Below, one piece after another: positions 38,149-46,526 of a DNA stretch of 64,000 bases. The notes under the pieces were generated by a model, which worked only from the letters and a program-made list of their open reading frames with translations, did not search any database and was not told where the DNA came from. The stretch is from an uncultured Alphaproteobacteria bacterium (GTDB lineage Bacteria > Pseudomonadota > Alphaproteobacteria > RF32 > CAG-239). A program made the position numbers and the translations under genes. Within the stretch, counting starts at the first letter, position 1. Every line of letters begins with the position of its first letter. The DNA lies in NCBI GenBank assembly GCA_947630965.1, contig CANRJO010000002.1:5038-69037 (forward strand), read 5' to 3'.

Positions 38149-40458
38149 TCAACCAATGACTTCTCGCCGCCCGACATGGTCTGCCGCGCTGACAATGCCT
38201 TCTTCTTCCATGCGGTCAATGAGCGCCGCGGCGCGGTTATAACCAATGCGGAGTTTGCGCTGAATATAACTTGTGGAGGCCTTTTTATCATTTCGGACAA
38301 TGTTGACAGCTTCTCTATATAAATCTTCCTCGCCGCCCATGCCGGTGCTATCAAAAACAGCGCCTGTGTCTTTGGTGTTTGAAAGTTCGCCTTCCGTTAC
38401 ATCGCTGACGTATTCGGGTGCACCTTGGGTTTTGAGATATTCCACCACCGCCTCAACCTCGCTATCTTTAACAAAACTGCCGTGCACACGCAACGGACGC
38501 AAGCCCGCGGGCATATAAAGCATATCGCCCATGCCTAAAAGTTGTTCGGCGCCCATCTCGCCCAAAATGGTGCGGCTATCAATTTTAGACGTCACCTGAA
38601 AGCTGATGCGGCTTGGGAAGTTTGCCTTGATGGTGCCCGTAATGACATCAACGGACGGGCGTTGGGTGGACATAATCAGGTGTAGGCCTGCCGCACGCGC
38701 CATTTGCGCCAACCGCTGAATGGCGGCTTCTACCTCTTTGCCCGCTACAAGCATGAGATCAGCCATTTCATCAACCACAATCACAATGTAAGGCAAAGGC
38801 GTGGTATCAAGGGGCTGTTCTTCATATATCGGCTTGCCGGATTCGGCATCAAAGCCAACTTGAATGGTGCGGGTTAAATTTTCGCCGCTTTCGCGGAGCT
38901 CTTTAAGCTTTTGATTATAACCTGCAATGTTGCGCACATTAAGCTGCGCCATTTTGCGGTAACGCTCTTCCATCTCGCGCACCGCCCATTTGAGGCCGAC
39001 AACAGCTTTGGCGGAATCCGTAATCACTGGCGTTAAAAGGTGCGGAATGCCGTTATACATTGAAAATTCAAGCATTTTCGGGTCAATCAATATCAGCTTG
39101 CATTCCTCAGGCGTCATGCGGAACAAAAGCGATAAAATCATCGAGTTCACACCAACCGATTTACCGGAACCCGTTGTTCCTGCTACCAAAAGGTGGGGCA
39201 TTTTGGCTAAATCGGCGTAAGTGTTTTTGCCGCCAATATCTTTACCTAAAACCACATTGAGCGTGTTTTTTGTTTCGCGGAAATTCGGATCCTCCAAAAG
39301 ATCTTTGAGCCAGACGGTTTCACGCTTTTTGTTTGGTATTTCAATGCCGATGGTGTTAGACCCCGGAACAACGGCAATACGGACTGAAACAGCAAACATG
39401 GAGCGCGCAATATCATCCGCCAGACCAATCACACGGGCGGTTTTTGTGCCGGGCGCCGGCTCAAGCTCATAAAGCGTGACAACAGGGCCTGGGCGCATAC
39501 GCACGATTTTGCCGTTTACGCTGAACTCTTGTAAAACCTTCTCAAGCTTGCGCGCAACCTCTTCTAATTCTTTTTGGCTGATTTCCTGACCGCCAGTATC
39601 TTTCGGGCGAGAAAGCAGGTTTGTATCAGGAAAAACATAGCCGCTTTCCGAAACAGCGGGTTTAGAAACGGGCGCAGGTTTTGGTTGCGGTTTCGGCTCT
39701 TTTGCGAGTTTGGGCTCAGGCTTAATTTTTTTCTCAATCAAAGGCTTCTCTTTCTCGGGCTCTTCTTCTAAAAGTTGCGGTTCCTGACGCTTGAAAGAAA
39801 TTTTCTTAAACCTTATAGATTTTAACAAATTCAGCGCTGATTTTAAGCCTTTGAATATAAATATCACAAAAATTTTAAGCCCGCTGAAAATATAACGCAA
39901 GCACTTGAACCAATCGGTATAAGTTATGCCTAAAACCAAATTCAGCGCCAAAAAGCCGATGATGAATAATGCCCCGATAACTACAAGATCAATATGATGC
40001 GGATAAACACCCAAATTTAGCTTTTTTAAAAGTATCTGACCGATGTTTCCTCCCCAAAAACTGCCCGATATAGATGGCGGCATCTTGTGTCGAAGTGTAA
40101 AATTAAGCGCCACAGAAGAACTGAAAATGCCAATCACAAAAGCCAAAATCCGCGTTTTCCAAAATAAAAGCGCGTTGTAACGCACAAGATGATAACCCCA
40201 AACAAAAAAGCCAAGCATAAAAATAGGCAAAATAATGCCAAATGAGCTTAAAACAATGTCCGAAAGCCAAGCCCCGGAATTACCTAATAAGTTAAGCGCA
40301 ACACCATCATGCTGATAATTATACGAAGAATCTTCCTTATGGAAGGTTGCCACAGATAAAAACACGGCAAGCGCGGCAATAATTAAGAAAATTCCCCATA
40401 GTTTGGGCAGATATTTTTTAAATTTGCTTGTTAATTTTTTTTTGCTTTTCTTAGCCAT
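38149..40458 (-). CDS. ftsK: DNA translocase FtsK
   Basis: N-terminal TM helices, a Pro/Lys-rich linker, an ATPase domain with Walker A GTTGSGKS, and a C-terminal winged-helix gamma domain (…YIQRKLRIGYNRAAALIDRMEEEGIV…). Confidence 0.9.
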   Translation of the reverse strand: MAKKSKKKLTSKFKKYLPKLWGIFLIIAALAVFLSVATFHKEDSSYNYQHDGVALNLLGNSGAWLSDIVLSSFGIILPIFMLGFFVWGYHLVRYNALLFWKTRILAFVIGIFSSSVALNFTLRHKMPPSISGSFWGGNIGQILLKKLNLGVYPHHIDLVVIGALFIIGFLALNLVLGITYTDWFKCLRYIFSGLKIFVIFIFKGLKSALNLLKSIRFKKISFKRQEPQLLEEEPEKEKPLIEKKIKPEPKLAKEPKPQPKPAPVSKPAVSESGYVFPDTNLLSRPKDTGGQEISQKELEEVARKLEKVLQEFSVNGKIVRMRPGPVVTLYELEPAPGTKTARVIGLADDIARSMFAVSVRIAVVPGSNTIGIEIPNKKRETVWLKDLLEDPNFRETKNTLNVVLGKDIGGKNTYADLAKMPHLLVAGTTGSGKSVGVNSMILSLLFRMTPEECKLILIDPKMLEFSMYNGIPHLLTPVITDSAKAVVGLKWAVREMEERYRKMAQLNVRNIAGYNQKLKELRESGENLTRTIQVGFDAESGKPIYEEQPLDTTPLPYIVIVVDEMADLMLVAGKEVEAAIQRLAQMARAAGLHLIMSTQRPSVDVITGTIKANFPSRISFQVTSKIDSRTILGEMGAEQLLGMGDMLYMPAGLRPLRVHGSFVKDSEVEAVVEYLKTQGAPEYVSDVTEGELSNTKDTGAVFDSTGMGGEEDLYREAVNIVRNDKKASTSYIQRKLRIGYNRAAALIDRMEEEGIVSAADHVGRREVIG

Positions 40459-40470
40459 TTTCGGTTTCCG

Positions 40471-41292
40471 TTAAAGATTAAAATTTTTCAGCTCATTCAT
40501 GGAAAGATAGACGCTACGATCAATAAATTCAGATGATTGAAGCTCAATGTGTGCAATGTTGTTTGCCTTATAAGCATCAAAACGCAAAGCATTCGGCACC
40601 TTTTTTTTCTTGGCTCGAATTTTTGCCGAAAGTTTTTCCAAACGCGGTTCGTGATCAGGCGGGGTGGGCGGACCGTATTGCAAACGACACAGGCTCAAGA
40701 CCTCGTCCAAGCCTTGCGAAGAAAGCCCTTTTTGCATAAAATACATTAAAATGTCAGGATCATTATCTTTGGGCTTTATCGGTAAATATTTACGAATGTC
40801 CGCGCTGTTTAACATAAGCGTGGAAAGGCAGATTTCAGCCTTTTTATGATAATTTACTAAATTAATGTTCGGCTCTATTTTGCAACATCCAACGGGCAAA
40901 ACGGCGCATAAATTATCTATAAAAGCATAGCTTGTGTGGCATAGCGAGGTTTTATAACGCATAGCAAAGCCAATTTGCTTGCTGATTTTATCTTTTACCC
41001 AAACATTTTCAGGCTCCAAAAATGCAATAAACTTGCCTTGAGCTTCCTTTAATGCCGTATTAAACAGTACTTCCGGCTGTTGCGGCTCCAAAAACGGATA
41101 AACTTTCAGGCGCGAATCTTTGCTTTGATATTGCAAAAGTAAATCTAAAGTGCCATCGGTGGAGTGGTTATCCACAATCAGCCACTCGGCATTTTGATAA
41201 TCTTGATACGCAAAAGATTTATAGGCTGTTTCTATAAACTTGGCGCTGTTTTGCGTGATTGTCACAACCGAAACTTTTTTTGAAGAGTACAT
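40471..41292 (-). CDS. Family 2 glycosyltransferase
   Basis: VSVVTITQNSAKFIETAYKSFAYQDY…LIVDNHSTDGT is a GT-A fold GT2 signature with a DxD-type motif (VDN-STDGT). Confidence 0.65.
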   Translation of the reverse strand: MYSSKKVSVVTITQNSAKFIETAYKSFAYQDYQNAEWLIVDNHSTDGTLDLLLQYQSKDSRLKVYPFLEPQQPEVLFNTALKEAQGKFIAFLEPENVWVKDKISKQIGFAMRYKTSLCHTSYAFIDNLCAVLPVGCCKIEPNINLVNYHKKAEICLSTLMLNSADIRKYLPIKPKDNDPDILMYFMQKGLSSQGLDEVLSLCRLQYGPPTPPDHEPRLEKLSAKIRAKKKKVPNALRFDAYKANNIAHIELQSSEFIDRSVYLSMNELKNFNL

Positions 41293-41409
41293 TTTATCCC
41301 CGTATTTTATACCAAAGCCTGTGGCTCACTTTTTATAAAAACTTGACTTTATCTTAAAGTACACCTAAATTCCCAATAAAAGATTAATAAATAAGAGGTT
41401 TTTTTATCA

Positions 41410-42354
41410 ATGAAATATGCTTTTGTTTTTCCGGGGCAAGGCTCACAATTTGTCGGCATGGGCAAAGATCTCTACGAAAACTTTGCCGCCGCACGCGCGG
41501 TTTTTGAAGAAGTGAATGACGCACTTTCTCAAGATCTTTATAAGCTCATGACCCAAGGTCCCGAACAGGAATTAACTTTAACCGCCAACGCGCAACCCGC
41601 TTTAATGGCGCATTCTTTAGCGGTGGTTGCCGTTTTGGAAAAAGAGTTTGGCATTTTGCTTAAAAATAAGGCTTCATTCGTAGCGGGGCATTCTTTGGGC
41701 GAATATTCCGCGGCTGCCGCAGCGCATGTGTTTTCACTTTCAGATACGGCAAAACTCTTGCGTATTCGTGGTGATGCCATGCAAAAAGCCGTTCCGTTCG
41801 GCGTGGGCGGTATGGCAGCTGTTTTGGGCGTTTCGTTTAAAGACATTGATGCCCTTGTTGAAGCTTGTAACGATGAAAAAAATCTTTGTGTTGCCGCTAA
41901 TGATAACTCCGATGGTCAAGTTGTGCTCTCTGGACATATGGCTGCCATTGAAAAAGCTATTGAAATTGCGCCCGAGTTCGGCGCTAAGCGTTGCGTGAAG
42001 CTCCCTGTGAGCGCACCTTTTCATAGCCCGTTAATGAAACCCGCGGCAGAGGCTATGGCGCGCGCTTTAATGCAAGTTGAAAGCAAAGATGCGGAAATTC
42101 CGCTCGTTGCAAATGTTTTAGCTGCTCCGATAACAAATCATAAAGAAATTATCAAGCACTTAATTGAACAAGTGACCGGAACAGTCAGATGGCGGGAAAC
42201 CGTTCAATTTTTGAAAGAACAAGGCGTTACGGATCTTATAGAATTGGGCGCCGGTAAAGTTCTTTCTGGTCTTGCCAAACGTAGCGATAAAGAACTTAAC
42301 GCTGTTTCGGTGGGCTCTGCCGCCGAAATTGAAGAGTTGGCAAAAAATTTGTAA
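41410..42354 (+). CDS. fabD: Malonyl CoA-acyl carrier protein transacylase
   Basis: MKYAFVFPGQGSQFVGMG…GHSLGEYSA motifs with the active-site Ser in GHSLG. Confidence 0.9.
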   Translation: MKYAFVFPGQGSQFVGMGKDLYENFAAARAVFEEVNDALSQDLYKLMTQGPEQELTLTANAQPALMAHSLAVVAVLEKEFGILLKNKASFVAGHSLGEYSAAAAAHVFSLSDTAKLLRIRGDAMQKAVPFGVGGMAAVLGVSFKDIDALVEACNDEKNLCVAANDNSDGQVVLSGHMAAIEKAIEIAPEFGAKRCVKLPVSAPFHSPLMKPAAEAMARALMQVESKDAEIPLVANVLAAPITNHKEIIKHLIEQVTGTVRWRETVQFLKEQGVTDLIELGAGKVLSGLAKRSDKELNAVSVGSAAEIEELAKNL

Positions 42355-42375
42355 ATTTTAGAAAAGGAAAATACC

Positions 42376-43113
42376 ATGTTTAGATTAGATGGAAAAGTGG
42401 CTTTAATTACCGGTGCTGCCGGCGGTTTGGGAAACAAATTTGCCCGCACGCTTCACGCTCAAGGCGCAACTCTTGCCTTGACTGACAGACGCTCTGAACC
42501 TATGGAAGAGCTCAAAAAAGAACTCGGCGAGCGCGTGGAATGGTTTGTGGCGGATTTGTCCGATGCAAACGCTATTCAAGACTTGGTCAAACAGGTGGAA
42601 GAAAAATTTGGTCAGATCGATATCTTGATTAATAATGCAGGCTTAACACGCGACAACCTCTTTATGCGTATGTCTGATGAAGATTGGCAACTTGTTCTTG
42701 ATGTGAACCTCTCGGCAGGCTTCAAGCTTGCCAAAGCCGTTATCCGCGGTATGATGAAGCGTCGTTATGGTCGTATCATCGGCATTGCCTCCGTGGTGGG
42801 CGTTATGGGTAACGCCGGTCAGGCAAACTATTCCGCCTCTAAGGCCGGTATGATTGCTATGAATAAATGTCTGGCGCAAGAGGTTGGCTCGCGTGGCATT
42901 ACCGTCAACTCCGTGGCACCCGGATTTATCCGCACGCCGATGACCGATGTTTTGCCTGATGATGTTAAAGCAAACCTCTTAGCCCGTATTCCGGAAGGCA
43001 AGCTTGGTGAGGCTCAGGATATTGCCAATGCTGTTGCCTTTTTGGCTTCCGATGAAGCGCAGTACATTACGGGGCAGACTATTCACGTCAATGGTGGCAT
43101 GGCCATGATATAA
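42376..43113 (+). CDS. fabG: 3-oxoacyl-[ACP] reductase
   Basis: SDR: Rossmann motif TGAAGGLG, NNAG, catalytic YSASKAG. 245 aa, directly after fabD. Confidence 0.9.
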   Translation: MFRLDGKVALITGAAGGLGNKFARTLHAQGATLALTDRRSEPMEELKKELGERVEWFVADLSDANAIQDLVKQVEEKFGQIDILINNAGLTRDNLFMRMSDEDWQLVLDVNLSAGFKLAKAVIRGMMKRRYGRIIGIASVVGVMGNAGQANYSASKAGMIAMNKCLAQEVGSRGITVNSVAPGFIRTPMTDVLPDDVKANLLARIPEGKLGEAQDIANAVAFLASDEAQYITGQTIHVNGGMAMI

Positions 43114-43139
43114 TAGGGAAAGGCGTCTAGCTGGCACCT

Positions 43140-43215
43140 AGAGCAATTTAAGGGGAAAAAGTGTCCTCACGTACTTCTTATGTACGCTGCGGTACTTTTT
43201 CCCCTTAAATCACTC
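43140..43215. repeat. Palindromic repeat element A copy, immediately after the fabG stop
   Basis: aatttaaggggaaaaagtgtcctcacgtac…gtacgctgcggtactttttccccttaaat: a long inverted repeat whose core gtgtcctcacgtac…cgtacgctgcggtac is shared with 6281-6357 and 61881-61953. Confidence 0.75.
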
Positions 43216-43254
43216 TATCTGCACACGCTATCCACCTTTCCTTCGGTTTTGGAA

Positions 43255-43560
43255 CGCGTCTAATGGGCGATTAATCGTTCAAAAAGAGGATTTGAAATTC
43301 ACGTACCATTAATGGTCTTACTCGTAAGCTTTGCGCTTAACGCAAAGCTAACTCGTTTCGGTCACTTGCTTTGTAAAACCTGCCACGGTCGCTACCGCTC
43401 CCTAGCAGTTTTAACAAAGCTACGCCGCTTGTGGTAAAAACAACCCGTTGGGGTTGTTTTTATCCTCGCGTGCTAAAATTCCAAATCCTCTTTTCTCACT
43501 TCTACTCGCCTCATTATCCGCGTTCCTACGGCTTAGGTGCAAAAAATAAGGATTTTTTTT
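43255..43560. repeat. Repeat element C copy (~300 bp), paired with 24596-24900
   Basis: Near-identical to 24610-24880, including ttaacaaagctacgccgcttgtggtaaaaacaacccgttggggttgtttttatcctcgcgtgctaaaattccaaatcctcttttctcacttctactcgcctcattatccgcg. Confidence 0.8.
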
Positions 43561-43690
43561 ATCCGCGTTCTCGCGGCTTGGGATAAAAATAAGGATTTTT
43601 TTTATCCGCGTTCCCACGGCTTGGGATAAAAATAAGGATTTGTTTTTTATCCGCGTTCCTGCGGCTTGGGGATAAATTATAAAAAGGCAT
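43500..43690. repeat. Tandem array of ~44-bp direct repeats (about four copies) at the 3' edge of element C
   Basis: Unit atccgcgttcNNNcggcttgggataaaaataaggatttttttt occurs at ~43515, 43560, 43603 and 43648. Two degenerate copies are at 24845-24930. Confidence 0.75.
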
Positions 43691-43713
43691 TCTAACGGTT
43701 ACGTTAGAATGCC
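43675..43713 (-). terminator. Rho-independent terminator downstream of the OMP gene
   Basis: Minus-strand sense: ggcattctaacgtaaccgttagaatgcc followed by tttttataattt. Confidence 0.6.
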
Positions 43714-43777
43714 TTTCTTCTCTATAAAGGAATTTATTGACTAACAAATACGATTAATAATAAAAACCTTTCCTACT

Positions 43778-44488
43778 TTAGAAAGCGTAGCTTAAACCAG
43801 CCCGCACGCCATTATAAACTTGCGCTCTCGTTTGGTTATCTATCATGGGGTTGTTGGGATTGCGGTTGTATGTAGGACGTTTCACATCAGCCGTGTTTCC
43901 GGAGAATTGGTATGCAGCAAAAACACCAACGTTTTCCGTCACATCATAACGAAGACCGATTTCAGCTGAATAAGCCAATCCCCAAGCAGAATCGTCCACT
44001 TTTGTATTGTAAAACTCATCTGGTGCGTCTGATTGTGTTGACTTGTATTTCAGGTAAGCAACGCCCGCATTTACACCGGCAAAAGCTTTGAGCTTGTCTT
44101 GATAGACAGGTATGCTATAACGATATCCCGGCATGATGCTGAACAATTCAACTTTGTCTTTAACGCTAGTTGCTTCTCCATCGATATTGATTGAATCATC
44201 ACCTGCGGCGTATCCGAAACGCAATGTTAAAGCTTGCTTATCCGTTAAATTATAAACGCCCGTGACATCTGCCGAAATAAGATCAACTTTAGGCATTGAC
44301 AAGTTTGAACGATAAATATTTTCACCATTGCTTGCCATCGGTGATTTCTGAAATTCTCTGGCGGCAAATTGATAACCACCGGCTAATTCCACAGACCATG
44401 GATTTGTTGTTACAGAATTTGCTTGCGCAGTTGCGGCAGAAGTGACAATCGCCACGAAGGCTGTTGTTAATAAAAGATTGTTTTTCAT
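43778..44488 (-). CDS. Outer-membrane beta-barrel protein (OmpA/OmpW-like small OMP)
   Basis: Start reassigned to the ATG at 44488 (MKNNLLLTTAFVAIVTSAATAQA signal peptide) with a GAAAGG RBS. The track starts at an upstream TTG. Alternating amphipathic strands and a C-terminal …GLSYAF aromatic terminus. Confidence 0.6.
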   Translation of the reverse strand: MKNNLLLTTAFVAIVTSAATAQANSVTTNPWSVELAGGYQFAAREFQKSPMASNGENIYRSNLSMPKVDLISADVTGVYNLTDKQALTLRFGYAAGDDSINIDGEATSVKDKVELFSIMPGYRYSIPVYQDKLKAFAGVNAGVAYLKYKSTQSDAPDEFYNTKVDDSAWGLAYSAEIGLRYDVTENVGVFAAYQFSGNTADVKRPTYNRNPNNPMIDNQTRAQVYNGVRAGLSYAF

Positions 44489-44830
44489 ATGATAGAACCT
44501 TTCTTTTTTCAATTGTTAAAAAGAAAACCACCTCAAAAGGTGGCCGGAGAGTTCAACAATCATATTACTCAAAATGATTCCTTTAGCCTTTAAAGCCATA
44601 TCAGTATGTCTTCTGGACATTCGCTAAAAGCTCCCCGACCATATGAATATGAATCGGGGATATATCTACTGTCAGCTAAAATTCATAGCTGACAATATGA
44701 CGACATTATATCCTAACGCCGTGAGTAATATTGAGCCGTTGAAAGCTCCGTACCTCTTGGGTACTAAGCATAAAAACTTTTTATGCCTGAAAGTACTGTA
44801 AGATATTATTTAGCGAAATGCAAGGAAAAA
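44489..44830 (-). promoter_or_regulatory. Conserved ~300-nt structured 5' leader of the OMP gene, paralogous to 54111-54430
   Basis: About 90% identical to the leader of the autotransporter gene. Contains several hairpins (tgtcagctatgaattttagctgaca; tccccgattcatattcatatggtcgggga; ccaccttttgaggtgg followed by ttttcttttt). Confidence 0.6.
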
Positions 44831-44904
44831 TTTACAAATGTGTGTAATGAATAATTTGTTGTCCTTGACTCTTCGCTGAAGTTTAGAGTGACGGACGGTG
44901 CCTT

Positions 44905-45303
44905 TTATCGGCAGCCGTTGCCGCGCCATTGCCATGAGGTGATGATGCCGTCTTTAATCCAAAACTTGGTCTGGCAGACTTCTTGCACCTGATTATCCGT
45001 GATGATGGCTTCGGGGCCCATTTGCGCCTCGCCCATAATCGGGTCTAGAAGCACGTTTTCTTCACCCCATCCATCGTTATAAAAATAATACTCTGAGGGC
45101 ATATACCAGTCTTGCACGCGCGTATATGTAATGACGGATTCATTGGCGTTAATATACTGACGCATGCTCGGGCGTCCCCACGCGCTTATGAGCGAAGCCT
45201 CACTTTGCCCTACCCATTGTTTGAGCTTGTTATCATAAGTTTGTGTGTTGGCGCACGCCAACAAAAGCAATGTAAAAATCAGTCCGAAAACAACCTTACG
45301 CAT
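44905..45303 (-). CDS. Putative lipoprotein (132 aa)
   Basis: MRKVVFGLIFTLLLLAC: signal peptide with a lipobox (LLAC). No further homology recognised. Confidence 0.45.
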   Translation of the reverse strand: MRKVVFGLIFTLLLLACANTQTYDNKLKQWVGQSEASLISAWGRPSMRQYINANESVITYTRVQDWYMPSEYYFYNDGWGEENVLLDPIMGEAQMGPEAIITDNQVQEVCQTKFWIKDGIITSWQWRGNGCR

Positions 45304-45363
45304 TTTTTCCTCCGTTTTTCTTTGAAATAATGAAGGAAAAAATTTTTTAAATTATCTGATAGT

Positions 45364-46518
45364 TTAGTCGTCGCCAAACGAGCTGCGCCCTAAATTAATA
45401 TTACGGTTAACATCCATACATAAAATAATGCCGAAACTTGCCATAACCGAAAGCATAACCGTTCCGCCGTAAGAGATGAGCGGCAAGGGCACGCCAACCA
45501 CAGGCAATAGCCCCAAAACCATGGCGATGTTGATAAAAACATATAAAAAGTAATTGGTGTTCAGCCCGATAATAACCAACTTTCCAAAGTAACTTGTCAC
45601 GCGAAACGCAAACAAATAGCCGTAAACAATTAAAATTAAGTTCAGCAAAATCACCAGTGCGCCACCCATCATTCCGAACTCTTCCGACCACATTGTAAAG
45701 ATAAAGTCCGTGTGCTTTTCCGGCAAAAAGTTAAGGTGACTTTGCGTGCCATTCAAAAAGCCCTTGCCGAAGACCCCGCCGGAACCCAACGCAATTTTTG
45801 ACTGGATAATATGATACCCCGCGCCTAACGGATCGCGCTCGGGGTTTAAGAAAGTGAGCACGCGGTTTTTCTGATAATCATGCAAAAATTGCCACGCAAT
45901 CGGCGCCAAAACCGCCGCACCACCGCCCAAAAGCGCAAATTTCCACCATTGAACACCTACCACAAAAAAGATGGCCATGGTGGTAAACATTAGCATTAAT
46001 GCCGTCCCGAGATCCGGTTGTAAAATGATGAGCGCAGCAGGAAAAAGTGCCATCAACGCCGGCGCCACCAAACCACGAAGGCTCTCAATTTTGTTTAATG
46101 TGCAACCGTGAAAATATTTTGCCAACATCAAAACCATTGTGATTTTCATTAATTCCGAGGGCTGAATTTTGAAAATTTTAAGATCAATCCAACGTTGCGC
46201 TCCCATGCCGACATGCCCGCCGACTTCCACAGCAATCAATAGTAAAAGCACAAGAAAATAAGAAATGTAAGCAAATTTGAGATAATATTTTATATCCACA
46301 AGTGTTAACGCAAGCATCAACCCAAACCCAATGCTAAAACGCACAAATTGCGGCCATGCCCAAGGCATCCACTTGCCACCGGCGGCGGAATAAAGGCACA
46401 AAACGCCAATGCCCGCTAAAAGCATAATGCAAAATACATAACCAAAGTTTATGTTATAAAACTTGTCTTTAATGGATAGCGCTTGGCTTTTGAATCCGGA
46501 TTCATAATATTTGTACAT
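45364..46518 (-). CDS. mrdB: Peptidoglycan glycosyltransferase RodA (SEDS family)
   Basis: 10-TM SEDS protein (…PSEL.K…LQPDLGTA…GGTSM…) directly downstream of mrdA. Confidence 0.85.
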   Translation of the reverse strand: MYKYYESGFKSQALSIKDKFYNINFGYVFCIMLLAGIGVLCLYSAAGGKWMPWAWPQFVRFSIGFGLMLALTLVDIKYYLKFAYISYFLVLLLLIAVEVGGHVGMGAQRWIDLKIFKIQPSELMKITMVLMLAKYFHGCTLNKIESLRGLVAPALMALFPAALIILQPDLGTALMLMFTTMAIFFVVGVQWWKFALLGGGAAVLAPIAWQFLHDYQKNRVLTFLNPERDPLGAGYHIIQSKIALGSGGVFGKGFLNGTQSHLNFLPEKHTDFIFTMWSEEFGMMGGALVILLNLILIVYGYLFAFRVTSYFGKLVIIGLNTNYFLYVFINIAMVLGLLPVVGVPLPLISYGGTVMLSVMASFGIILCMDVNRNINLGRSSFGDD

Positions 46519-46526
46519 CTTTTTTC

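Noticed and set aside
43420-43747. ORFs 43420-43617 and 43559-43747 (Arg/Asn/Ala/Asp/Lys-repeat peptides)
   Set aside because: They lie entirely within the 44-bp tandem repeat array of element C. The periodic amino-acid sequence is a translation artefact of the DNA repeat.
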